Source of the DNA: Lytechinus pictus
Taxonomy: Eukaryota
Direction: 5' to 3'
DNA: 60,000 bases
Assembly (NCBI RefSeq): GCF_037042905.1
Contig: NC_087245.1
Location: forward strand, 16,308,001-16,368,000
Positions 40,029-52,991 of this stretch are shown here, in pieces. Positions within the stretch are counted from its first letter, which is position 1. The number at the start of each line of letters is the position of its first letter. The notes under the pieces are model-generated. The model had not been told where the DNA came from, did not search any database, and saw only the letters and a program-made list of their open reading frames with translations. The translations under genes and the position numbers were made by a program.

Positions 40029-41040
40029 CTACAGAATACGAATCGTGGCATCAGTTCGAGTAATTTTGTGAATGAAATTGATTATATGAATGTTGGTCTA
40101 ATTGGGTTTGAATATGACATGGGATGTTTTCGCTCAAATATTTATGAGCCTATCTTTTGTGTTATTCATATACAGGAAGTCCAATAGAACGTGCCCGACA
40201 TGAATTAAAAATCACATTGGACATAAACGCAAATGATTTTGTTTTAAAAAGTTTAATCAAGACGAACTATCCTGCACTTGGGCCGTTCATCATTTATAAT
40301 ACTCAATTGTTCTTTGCAAATTGAAGGCCAAGATACATTGAATTAAATAAATTCACAGAAATGTGGAAGTTTGTATATATATATAAATATTATGATTACG
40401 CTAAAACTGACACTCCTCTTTAGTTGTATGGGTACCTGGGGTGTGTTTCATGAATATTTTTGTTAATGATCTTCTTTGACAGGTGTTATAAGCAACTGGA
40501 AATCCTTGTATCTGATTAGTTGAGAACAAATTAGTCAGATAATTTTAGTTGACTGGCTATTCTGTGGTGGTGATGATGATAGAAATGAAATACTTTATTT
40601 CCGAGGAGCAATGTACAAGTTTAGGTACTGAGATAAATATGCGTCATTTACAATAATGGTATAAGATGCAATCCTCCCAAATAAACCATAATCATGACCG
40701 AAAATTATGGTCATACCACCAAGGCATCTGTCCCAGTGAATAAAGCAAATAATTAAGAAGACAAGATGACGTTCACACATTGTTAAGAATATTACTAATT
40801 CCTAGGTGATCTGAATGTTGTATCCTTAATCACGCTCGTCATAATTAGATTCAAAGGGTGTTGACTTTGTTGTTTACCAATTGACCGAGTTCGCGTTTAA
40901 TGGAGATGATCATCATCCAACCTAAGGCTAAACACCCATCCATGAAATATGACTGGGTCGTATCATAATGGTGTAATCAAATGATAAAATTGCCTATCAG
41001 CCTATTAATAATTACATATTTTCAATTTATTGTGACCTAC

Positions 41041-44000
41041 CTTATCACAGAATGTTCCATGTGGCTCGCCTATTTTGTTATCTTTTGATACTTCGTCATT
41101 AACCTTTGCCAGTTCTCCTCCACCGTATCTATTAGAAGACTGCATCATTCGTTCATCATCGTCAGTGTTGCCATGGCAATCATCAGATACCATCGATGCC
41201 TTGGTTTCCTTTCTTCCCTTTTCACCGCGATCTAAAAACGAGGTTGATATCATCGGCATTGTTTGAAGCTTCGAACCAATTGAAGTGGCAGCAGCCGACT
41301 TCAGACGTGTGAGAGATTTCTTAGACTCGCCCTTGCTGGGAGTCTCACCCGTCTTCGAAGGAGTTCTTTTTCTTTTGAATATGTTCTGAATTTTCCTTGT
41401 CACCTCTTTTACTTTAGTATCATTCAGGTCTATGTCAATCTCAGTGGTCTGTTTTGATGATGTCGAGACGAGATTACCTGTGTTTGAATTAAAGATTTCA
41501 GGTCGTGCTTTTGCCGTATCATTGTTTGTACTTTGAAATATTTTCTCAAGTTCTTCGCATTTCATTGAAGATGTTGGTGCTTCCGATCTTTCAGTTCTAT
41601 TATAGACTTTGGTATCAAGCTCATAATGATTTAACCCAACACTAGCGGATTCCACTTTTCCATTGTCATTTCCAATCAAGGTCCCATTCTTTTTCTTCGA
41701 GGTAGCACTTTCATTCATATTCCGGCATGTCAAATTATTAGTATTAGTTTCCACACTCTTTCCAGGTACATCTTTCTTAGTAGAGGTAGTTTGTGTCTTA
41801 TTTTTGCTAGTCTTCTTTTTCCAAAAGGCACTTTGAAGTTTGAAAACGGTTTTCCGAACATCGGGGTCTGATAAATCAATATCTACGTCCACATCTGTCC
41901 CAGACTTGTTGGTTTTATTCGTATCCGATGGCGCATCTGTTAGGTCAACAGGGAAATTTGCATCATTTGATTCTGGTAAATTTTGATTATTCAGCTTCTT
42001 CAATTCTAAATCCGTTTCATTTATTAGCACTATATCCTGTAGTTCCTCATTGGTTGGAAACCTCGTAGGAGACGGTAGAGATTTAAGTTTTTCAGTTACT
42101 TCCTTTACTTCTGCATCTAGGAGATCGATGTCTATGTCATCGCCCAAATTTGCTTCTTTAATCGATGAAGCTCGTTTCATCGGGTGCTTCTTTTCAAGCG
42201 GTGATCGAAAATTGGCGTTAGCATCTGCACGAGTTATGTTTTCCCTTTCCGGTGAGGTTGGCTTAGGATTACTTTCTAGGTGTCCTGAAAGCTTTTCATT
42301 GACAATAACCACACCTTTGTATGTTTGGTAGCCTACAGTAGCAGGTGTGTTTCCAAGAGTAACGTCTATTGGCTCTAAACTATTAGTTGATGATATATTT
42401 CCAGTTGGGTCTTTAAGTTGCTGTTCGTTTGACAAGATGTTTTTATCCAGTTCATCATCAGATATTACGACATTCACTGTAGTGTCGGCAAATAAAATCG
42501 GAGGGCAATCAGTTCTATCAGAATCAGAAACTTTTTGCATTTCTTTGGTAATAGGAGTATCTGGAGGTGATGCGAAATGGTTTAAAGAATTTGCTTTATT
42601 TGCTTGTACTTTTTTGCATGCTTTGTCCTCTACCGATCCTTTGCTTCTCTTGCTGTGCAACTTCTTACGACGAAAGACTTGCTGAATCATCTTCGATGCA
42701 TCTTGAACTTTAGGATCTTTAAGATCAATATCAGGTTCCAGGACCGTACCGGGACCAGACTCTTGCAGGTTTTCTTCTGAGGTATCCATTGGTTGCTGGT
42801 CATTTCCCGTGATACATCTCAGTTTCTTATCTAGATCTTCTCCTTCAGATGTTTCTTTGGAGAGTTCCATACTCGGATTCACCACCTCGCTTGGAGACGA
42901 AGGACCAAGTGGCGCACGCGTGTTGTCTGCTACTTCTTTGATGAAAACTTCTTCTGAAAGAGCAATGCCCGGGTTTCCATTTTCAAATGGTTCTAATTCT
43001 CTGTCATTTTCTTCAACAGATTGAACTGAGAGTCTATTATCTGTTAAAGATTGTTCTTGCTGTTCTATTAATGAGGTGGCGTAAGGCTGATATTGTGAAA
43101 CTGATTTTTGTCGTGAAAGTTTCTTGCAAACCCTCTCTTTTGCTTTTTCTTTAGTCTTGAGCGAATCAGGAGGAATGTTATCACCTCTTACATTTTTGTG
43201 AGCTTGAGAATTGGCGAAATCGATTGGAAGTGAATGGTGTCTGATCATCTGAACCCCTCTGTTCTCTGTGGGAGTGTCAACCTGAAATGGATTATGATTT
43301 TCCAAAGACGCTGAACTACAAATGCCTAAAGATCTATAGGAAACCGAATCTGATTCGGCTCGCATTCTCTGCATTGATCTGAACTTTTTTGACCCATGGA
43401 GTTCCCTTCTCTTCCGAAAGGCCAATTGCATTCTTTTCGTTGCTTCTAATACATCTGGATCTGATAAATCAATATCGATGGGTTCTACAATAGATTCTTG
43501 ATTTCCCATTTTCTCGTCCTTTATGGTCCTGCAATTTTCTTTTGCACCTTGATTACCATTCGGGGTATTGGGATGTACTTCACTATCATCTTCATCAACA
43601 CGTTTCTTAACAATAGTTATGTTTTCATAATGCACGAATTTGAGCTGTCCAAGGGCCATCGGCCTTGCAGGGATAGAAGGTCCATTTCCAGTCAGAGAAA
43701 CGAGACCAATGTTATTAATTTGCGTATCAGGATGATGGTTATTGTCTTGTGGCAAACTGTACTCTGTTTTCTTTGAAGATGTAATTAGTTTCTGAAGACC
43801 TTCAAGAATTTGCCTTCTGTTTGAAGAAGATTGATCTAGAGAAGAAGATTCTGTCTTTAAAGAGGTTCTTATTTTCACATCAGATTCTTCTCTATCTACA
43901 CCCGAATCGGACGTGTAATTTGTTTGTTCTTTTTCAATCTGTGACTTGGCCTGTTCCTGGCACTGTCCTTTGTTGGAATGCAAACGATTCGTAGCATCTG

Positions 44001-45395
44001 ATTCATCAAGTGAACTATGGTTAGCATCGGTGTCCTGACAACCACTGTCGCTACTTGAATTGCCAGGTTGTCTTAACCGCCCACGGATCTTCATTCTCAT
44101 ATTCTCGAGCAGTTGACTTCTTTTATCTTCAGACCTCAGGGCCTTGTCAAAGGCCTCACTTTGAGAGGGATATGGATAGTCCCAGTATTCCGACCTCATT
44201 GCGTGAGTATCCATCATATCCTGGGCATAGTCACTTTGCTCATGGAGTCCTGGTATCTGCTCTTCAAGTCGCAAAGTGATCAACTCGTTCTTTTGGATTT
44301 GCACATCATCAAGTTCCTCCTTTTCTGCACTTGTCAATAAACGATGGAATGTTGGCAAGTTCTTAAAGTATTCCTTTCCTTCCACGTATCCGCTGAAATC
44401 CTCTTCGTATTGTGGTTCGAATCCAAATGATCCATCACTCCCTTGCGAAAGTCGTTTATATCCCTCCTTCTGGGGAACTGTTTTAACATCTGCAGTAGCA
44501 CCAGATATGTTCTCTACTCCCTCTTCTCCAGGTGAAGAAGTTTCTATTTTTCCATCAGAATGACTATCTAACACTATTTCACTATCTACCTCCTCTTCAA
44601 AAATTGTTTCATAGGCAGGAGAATTGCATTTTTCTACAGACGCTGTAATCGAATCTAGAACCCACAACGGATTGATCTCTGATCCAGATTCAAGGGAATC
44701 CGTACTGGTTTCCAACAATTCACCTTGATCTTTCGTGGCTGCCTCCTTTGGTTGATTTTGTTGTTCTTTCTCATCTTCTATAAACTTTTTGAGCTCACTG
44801 ATTGGACTTAATTCACTGCCAGAATTTTCTTCCCTGCTAGCTTCCATCACTTTTTCAGTTTCCAAAGAGCACGATTTGGAGTCTACAAATGATTCAGTCG
44901 AAAAATTTCCAAGAGTAGATTGACCGTTTGGGGAAACACTATCAATTTCAAATTGCACCCTTCCTTGTCGTCGTAGAGGTGAGCAATGTCTTGTTGTGTC
45001 TATATCAAGCGCCCTCTGTTTCCTCAGTGATTTCTCTTCAGATCCACCTCCATTCAAGGATGTCCTCTTCGATTTAGGATCCTCTGGTTCATGTCGTTTG
45101 AAGTCAATTTCACCATTTTCTTTTCCACTATGATAAAAAACACACCGATTGCACTCCTCCCCACTTGCTTTTAAAGCTCCCCTTGCGAATTTAGATCCTT
45201 GCGACACAGTCTTCGAGCCAGTTGGAATGTGTTCCACAGAGTTGCGAAACTTGACTTCCTTAGGATTCGGTAGTGAAGGTGAAATGGCAAGAAAAGCCTC
45301 TGAGCGATATCGAGGCTGTTTTAAGAGAGGTATCTTCATAGAAACAGTGGCATCGTGTTTGACTTGTACCGCAGCGATACTGTTTGCCGGAAGGT
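41041..45395 (-). CDS. Large Ig/IQ protein, giant exon (4355 nt; low complexity, five acidic-IQ motifs)
   Basis: 1471-aa ORF; acceptor ttcttgacag|AC (phase 1); donor AAG|gtaggt (phase 0). Confidence 0.9.
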
Positions 45396-45854
45396 CTGTC
45401 AAGAAATGTGATAAAACCACAATCAGAACCTTGTATCTATTTTGACCACACCAGAACTAATGACTCAATGTTACATCCCAACCACTAAGACTACTTTATT
45501 GATAACTCTGTGCCTCCAGTTGCGATTACTGGATTCCAAACATAAATTGACTCATCCGTTCACATAGTCACATAATGATTTCCTCTCCAAGAAGACTTTT
45601 GTTGGGGCCAGAACTTTTGTTACCACAATCATGGGCGGCGATCCCGGAGTGGGGACGGAAAGATGTGTCCCCTTCTTGAATTTTGAATTTTGTACAAGAG
45701 AAACGGTCATCTCGTGTCCCCCCCCCCCCCCCTCTAGACGAACCAAATATCATGATAAGTATGATACAATAACAAAATAAATGTGATAAAACCATACAAA
45801 TATACATCACTAATTTCCAATGGAGTATTTGCAGAAAATATCATGTGATATTAC

Positions 45855-45933
45855 CTTTTCGTCGATGGTTCAACGACACCTCGATGGTTACAGGTGATGT
45901 TTTGGGTGGCAAAACCCGTTGATCTGACTCCAT
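45855..45933 (-). CDS. Large Ig/IQ protein, coding exon 1 (MESDQRVLPPKTSPVTIEVSLNHRRK)
   Basis: Acceptor ttcttctatag, exon starts 45950; ATG in a strong ACCATGG context; donor AAAG|gtaata, phase 1, matching the giant exon. Confidence 0.75.
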
Positions 45934-46668
45934 GGTAAAGATCTAAGTTCCTATAGAAGAAACAAAATAGGTAATGCGTTGTAACAATCCCTCACCATCT
46001 TTTAAAAAAGCGATATATATATAACTAAGAGTGTAGATACACTCATGATCGTTGGTATAAAATGAAAAAAAAAATGTAAAGGGGAAAAAGATGGTGAGGT
46101 GTGCCGCGTTATGTTACCGGTGTCGTGTTTTTTTTTTTTTCGTGCGGCCTTAATCAATGGGAGGAATAAGTTATAAAAACTTTTAACATCCAATGAGAAA
46201 GATATATCGGAATAAACACAGTGCATTTCAAATTAATACAAGATTCATTCTCGATTAGGCGTGGCCTTCGTGGGTTTTTTATTAATATTTTGTTTGTAAA
46301 TATGCTAAACAAACTAATAATTCAGTTTCTTCTACAAAGGAGACTTAACATCATGACATTCCATGGAATTCAGGGATAATTTATATGAATACATTTCAGC
46401 AAATTCATTGACGTTGGTCATGTTGGTACCATAATATGTTAAAGTGCATATACTGCATTGCAACATCGATAATTTCTATAGGCCTGTAATTATTTTCGAA
46501 TATCTAATGGCGAAATTTATACATTGCAAAGAAGAAATAAAAACATCATGCATGTTTTCTCTATATTAAATTAAAAATCTCTTTTATTAAAATAAAATCG
46601 GATATATATCAGCTATTGAATGTTTTTGTTTTAATTTATTATCGTTTATGTGCAAATGATTTACTTAC

Positions 46669-46761
46669 CCTTATTTATAAAACCGTGAGTTCAAGGACCA
46701 TTTTATCCAGAAGGTCTTTGTTTTAATCGGTAGAATCATCTTTGGGTATGGTGTTCATCTT
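46669..46761 (-). other. Probable 5'UTR exon of the large gene, containing three uORFs
   Basis: ttttacacag| acceptor and AGG|gtaagt donor; stops in all three frames. Confidence 0.55.
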
Positions 46762-47261
46762 CTGTGTAAAACAGATGAAAGAAGTAAAAATATGTTCATG
46801 TCGGTCGAAAATCCTTGCAAAAAACTTGTTTACAAATTATAAATACGAGGTTATACAACCTTTTTTAGCTTACCAACAATGACGTCAAGAATGAGCACAA
46901 CAAAACTATATTAAGCTCGCAGAAAATACAATATGTTTTTATTTTTCGTTGGATCGCCACCTTTGCTTCCATTTATACGCTAATGATGTAAATGCTCGGT
47001 CAGTGATCAATATCTTTAGAGCACATTATAGATGAATTATGCGTGCAGGCCTAGATGACACCTTGTAGGCTAAATGAGGTTGTTACAATCATGTTTGCAG
47101 TGGTAAACGTCAATATATCCATAAGAAACCACGGACGTGATCTGAAGTAGTCCCCAACCTTCAGTCGAAAAGCATTTCTTTTGGAATATAATCCTCAATG
47201 TCTCGTTCAATGTATACAATTGTATTTTGATGAAAGATGTGCATTTCGCCAAATTTCTCAC

Positions 47262-47680
47262 TTTTCTCGATAACCATGATCAGATACTATCCCGGTCCGA
47301 TTCGCAGGCACGCGACCAAGATTTGATATTTCGGATGCTGGAGGAGGGGGAGAGTGAAAGAGACAGATGCCTTGCTGTCACTCACTGTAGCACCACCCCT
47401 GTCATGATGAGCGCATCACTTAAACCGGCACGGATTCCAGCCCTTCCCAAATGTCTTCTTCAAATGAATAGGGCGAAGTAAAGGTTTGACAATCCCACGG
47501 ATTTGAAATAGACGTGACAGAAGACGAAGGGGTTCACTTAATGGGCAAGGCAAGCGCCTGGGAGAAGTGATTTCAGTAAATACGTCCATACATGTAATCA
47601 CCTCATAATTATCATGATTATACGCATGCTGTACGGCGGAACACACCCATTTCACTCTTTCCCGCGCTGCAGGTCACAAA
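47262..47680 (-). promoter_or_regulatory. Candidate promoter/first non-coding exon of the large gene
   Basis: Locally GC/CpG-richer; pyrimidine-rich tract on the minus strand; possible donor AAA|gtgaga at 47261. Confidence 0.3.
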
Positions 47681-47827
47681 ATCATTGCTATTTGCCTATG
47701 TTACGCCCAGGTCATTATGACCATTATGACAATCTAGATAACAAATACAGATGAAAAAAAATACTCGGACAACAAACAAGTTAAAAAGCGGATGAAGTAT
47801 ACATTGCATATAAAAATGTAAAACATT

Positions 47828-48041
47828 CCCTGCCGGGTAAAACACAGTGTGATACACATTGTAGCAACAAGGTGTGGACAATGTGTTTGCAGTGTGACGA
47901 CTATGAAGATTCGGCCCATTTTCACAGTACCAATTGGAAACACTCACAGTGTTGTACTTTTACACTGTGAAACACAGTGTCACAATATGTCCACAATGTT
48001 CACACTGTTGGGTTACTTTGGCGGGTTTTTTTCTGGCAGGG
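47828..48041. mobile_element. Small MITE with CCCTGCC termini
   Basis: CCCTGCCGGGTAAAA / TTTTTTCTGGCAGGG ends, internal CACAGTGT repeats. Confidence 0.55.
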
Positions 48042-49802
48042 ATACCATCTAAAAAGGGGGAAGCGTATCCACAAAGCTTTGCAGTTTGACAAACTCAGTT
48101 TGTTCATTCTTTCAAATCAATCAAGAACCACCCCCATAAAAACAACATACTAGAGTTTGCGATATTGAGCCCAATGTGATTTATTTCATTCAGATTTTCG
48201 ACAGTCTTCCTCCGAATTTCAATTGTATCAAATATTCCAAAAGATGGATATTCATTTCTCTCCCTGTAACAAAAAGACATCATTTTCCCCTATGATTTCA
48301 TTGCAGGGATGAGGCCATACGAGCTCCTGTTATATACTGCACGACTCATTCTCTATACGTAAAATATTTCGTGTGTCGATTAATAGAAATGTAGCATAAC
48401 GGGTGAGTATAGGCTACCCCTATCTATCTTCCCAGTTCCACACCCTCATCCCGGCCCTTGGGTTATTCGCACCCTCGCCTTGCCCTCGGTCCCGATTACA
48501 ACTTGCGTGAATTAAATTTCCTGTAAAATTACAAATTACAATCTATTGCACTGCTATGCCGGACAATAATCAATTAGAAGGAAACCATAAAAGATTAAAT
48601 CGATTATCTATCTAGCCAAGAACTTGACGTGTGTCTGTCTTGAAGTTAAGTCTCTATAATATAATGGCCATACGCAAAAAATGTAAACTTTTACGAAAAA
48701 AAAATCGAAAGCGAAAGAGCGAAGCCCGTCATTGTTGCGCTTTTGCAATTGTATGGTGAACTTGAAGTAATTCGTTCTTTGATGATTTTCGTGGAAATTT
48801 TTATCAAAAAAATGTGAGTTTTCAAAATTTCTGAGTACGGGCATAAGCTTTGTCAATATAGATATAAAGTCATTGGATACATTGAATATATTGTCTTCTT
48901 TACTGTTCAGTTCCTACCGCAATGCGTGCAATCGTCATGCGAATATGGCACAGTTTTATAGATCTCAGTCACAACCCTCGGAGCTAGTTTGATTTCTTAT
49001 TTCCTAACACGCCTAGCTACATGCGTCTCATCGTCTTAACATGTGTTTATGAACTAGACCCTGCCCTAGGCTTAGCGTCTACGTTCAAAATAAACCCCGC
49101 CTGGTCGACGATGAAATTGTATTTCGTCAATATTAAGAGGGCAACTATTTACAGTTGTACACCTGCTTTTGCTAATTTTGGTTTTATATACTGCTTCGTT
49201 ATATATTAAAGCGGCTTATTCATTTTATCGATAGATGTACGCTGAAATGTTGTTGATATCAGACAGATTAGTATGATTCTATTACTGTAGTAAAATTACT
49301 GCTAATGATATTCAATATATTTTAAGTTTCTCGATTTGTTCAAAGTTGATTTTTGTTTTGTTTTCTCCTATGGTTATTGTAAAAAAAGAAACATATATTA
49401 CAGTAGACTAAAAACGTACATATATTATTTAATCAGTATTAGTAATAAGTTAGGCCTGGAAGAATGTTCTTTCTCCTGCTTTTTCTTTACCACAAGTTAT
49501 GTAGTTATCAATTGTCAATACTGATTGATGTAGGAATGTTATCTAAATGTGCGTCGGGCGAAATTATTATGTGAGAACAAACCATGTCAAAAATGAATTT
49601 CTGTAAGCTCGAAAAACATGTTTTCTCCAGAGCAGATTGGGAGTAGGTACAAATGAAATAAAGGTTCCAAATGTTACCCCAGTTTTTCGCAGTAATTGAT
49701 TAGGTTAATGGAAACCGTCCTCTCCAGTCTACAACGTTTAGAAAGACGTGGAAGTATAGTAACTAAACATGCTAAAAGATGCGATATGACTCCTTGTACT
49801 AA

Positions 49803-50044
49803 CACTGCAAAAACCTTGGTGTTGATTTAACACCAGTCCGGAATCTATATATGTCCACACCAGAGAAGTGTTAAACAACACCAGTTTGGTTTTGGTCTAA
49901 CACCAGATAGGTGTTTATACTACACCAATTAGTATTTAAACAGCATCAGTTTGATTCCAAACTGGTGTTGTTTCAATACTTCTCTGGTGTGGACATATGT
50001 AGATTCCGGACTGGTGTTAAATCAACACCGGGGTTTTTGCAGTG
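49803..50044. mobile_element. Intact EnSpm-type MITE
   Basis: About 85-bp TIRs with CACTGCAAAAAC ends, 2-bp TSD AA, internal ACACCA repeats. Confidence 0.9.
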
Positions 50045-50652
50045 AAGGAGTTATTATTTTTTCTACACTTGGCTCGATGGAAATACGGTCTCAAGGTGAC
50101 CCCATTTCAGGTGAGGTGAAGGGGAGTCTCATGTTTAATGATATTACCACGTATTAGGTACAGGTGTCTAACCGGGGCATTTATTAGGGCTTACCTTGAA
50201 CGAGGTCTACCTAGAGGATGTCATACTTATAGATATACAGCGGGTAGTGTCGGGTATAACTTTTAATGATTTTCTTATGTATCTCATTCTCCTTTGATTT
50301 CAATAATTTTAAAGAGAAGAACATGAACTGTGATGACAAGAAATTCAAAGTGACAACTAAAGTAGGCTTACGATAAAGCATGGTGTACTTGCCTTCAATT
50401 CAAATATAAAGAAAAAGACTATTCTTGAGTCTATTGACTTATACATGAATAGAATTCATAATCTTCATTATGACATTGTTTGCTGTATGAAGTTTTAATC
50501 ATTTTCGTTCATTTTTCTTCTATTTTCAGCAGTCTGTTGCCTTGTTATTTTCTTACTGGTTTCATTGTAAAATTCAAAGATACATATTCGATATGCATGT
50601 ATATTAAATAATCCATCAATTTTAAACAGTATATCCGATTAAATGAAATACT

Positions 50653-51124
50653 GGGGGTCTTTCATAAAGCTAGCTGTCCATAAGTTATGCATGAGTTTAC
50701 ACATGACATGTCGATCTGTTCTTGCGCTATATTGGACGGTGGGCCATTAGGGAACACTTAATAACTTGCGCATTTTCCTTCAGCAAGAAATTTACTCACA
50801 TTGTGCTGCACTCAACCCAGGTGAGATAAATGTGTACCCGGCAGGATTAATTCATCAAGTACACAAAAACTATAGAAATAACGGTTCGAGAATGAATGTC
50901 CCTGACGTTTTTACAAAGTGGGCCGAATCCTTTACACCTCCAACCAAATTGTGATAAATTATAAGCCCTCCATTCCAACATTTGTTCGCAAAACAGTATA
51001 TCAATCTGCAAAGATCGGATTTTAAAGTTAGCTGACGGGAATGAGAATGATTGTGAAGCGGATTTAACAGCCGCGAACAAGTTCAAGTCGTGCTTAAGTC
51101 ATGATCAGCTTCATGAAACACCCT
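50653..51124. mobile_element. Degenerate Harbinger-like MITE containing a SINE-body fragment (about 50770-50850)
   Basis: GGGGGTCTTTCATAAAGCT / AGCTTCATGAAACACCC ends; internal TGCTGCACTCAACCCAGGTGAG..AAATG.GTACC resembles a SINE central domain. Confidence 0.4.
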
Positions 51125-52039
51125 AGGTAACCAAAGTGAGTATGACTAATTGATGAAATTCTGGAGTTTGAAGCAGATTGCTGCAGTTGCTATAGTTACT
51201 TGAAGGTGTTTACGAAGAGAATGGCGGTCTTAAACTTGTCAAAATCCATTATTATCCATCACACTTATTTTTGTATTTTTTTTCATTACTTAAATCCTTT
51301 TAGGAAGCATAAAATTGTTACTTACCTTTTGATAATTGACATTGCAAGCTTTCCTGGGTTTTTATTTTTATTTTATTTGTTATGTGTTGTTGGGGGTCAA
51401 TGTTTCATTTTCTCACCACACTTGCACTTCCCTACTCTCAACTACAATGACAATTGCACTTGCATCAGCTTTCGATACATTACAAATTTTTTGCCGATAA
51501 CTTTTACCTATTATAATTATCTTGGAATATGAATAATTCTGAAACCAGACTTTTACTTTGACTTGTAATTCAAATTAGTGCATATTGTAATTTTTGCGTG
51601 AGCCATGTATACCTGAGTTAAAATTATTTCCTCATGTTGACACGTTTTCACCATTTTCTTCTGTGTATAGACGTTGTACATTGTATCTACATGTGTGTAA
51701 AATCCTTTATGGACAATAAAGTTATTCAATTCCATTCAATTCTCGCTTAATTTCATTTTTGATCGCTTGAAAATCTTAGGAGCAGGCTCATGTGACGCTT
51801 GTAAGTTATTCTACCTGGCTGCTTATAAAATGTAACAAGTGGAACGCCTCTGGCAGTCTCGCCTGCATTACGCAATTTAATATAGCAGCAGTGCTAACTT
51901 TGAAAACTACTATAAAATAATCATTAACAAAAACATCATTCATATAATGACATAATACCACGTTCATTGACCATAAATGACATTTGAACAGAGACTTAAG
52001 ACTGTCAACTACACCCATGTCCACATTTCATTCACTCTA

Positions 52040-52940
52040 TCCATAAACTTTCAAAGTTATGATGGCACTTCAACAATTACCCCAACATGGCCTAAGTTTA
52101 TTGACCTTAACTGACCTTTGACTTGGTTTTGTGACCTGAAACTCACAGAGGATGTTCAATGATGCTTGATTACTCTTATGTCCAAGTTTTATGAACTAGA
52201 TCCATAAACTTTCAGAGTTAGGATGGTAATTTAACATATACCCCCAACATGGCCTAAGTTTATTGACCTTAAATGACCATTGACCATGGTCATGTGACCT
52301 GAAACTCAGGCAGGATGTTCACTAATACTTGATTAACCTTATGTCCAAGTTTCATGGACTAGATCCATAAATTTTCAAAGTTATGATAGTAATTCAATAA
52401 ATACCCCCAACTTGACCAAAGTTCATTGACCCTAAATGACCTTTGACCTTGGTCACGTGACCTGAAACTCAGGCAGGATGTTCACTAATACTTGATTAAC
52501 CTTATGTCCAAGTTTCATGGACTAGATCCATAAATTTTCAAAGTTATGATAGTAATTCAACAAATACCCCCAACTTGACCAAAGTTCATTGACCCTAAAT
52601 GACCTTTGACCTTGGTCACGTGACCTGAAACTCGAGCAGGATGTTCACTAATACTTGATTAACCTTATGCCCAAGTTTCATGAACTAGGTCCATATACTT
52701 TCTAAGTTATGATGTCATTTCAAAAACTTAACCTTCGGTTAAGATTTTGAAAATAATTTTCCCAACATGGTCTAAGTTCATTGACCCTAAATGACCTTTG
52801 ACCTTGGTCATGTGACCTGAAACTCAGGCAAGATGTTCAGTAATACTTGATTAACCTTATGTCCAAGTTTCATGAACTAGGTCCATATACTTTCTAAGTT
52901 ATGATGTCATTTCAAAAACTTAACCTTAGGTTAAGATTTG
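52040..52940. repeat. About 163-bp tandem array (about 5 copies) inside the HINE-like element
   Basis: TCCATA unit starts at 52040, 52201, 52364, 52527, 52690, 52882; TGACCTTTGACCT motifs. Confidence 0.9.
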
Positions 52941-52991
52941 ATGTTGACGCCGCCGCCGCCGCCGCCGTCGCCGCCGCCGCCGCCACCGCCG

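Noticed and set aside
42050..45445. Several + strand ORFs overlapping the giant exon
   Set aside because: Antisense shadows of the real minus-strand frame
26536..45933. Naming the gene titin, MLCK, obscurin or ALPK
   Set aside because: No kinase, Fn3 or GEF domain is visible and there are only two Igs; orthology cannot be set without a search
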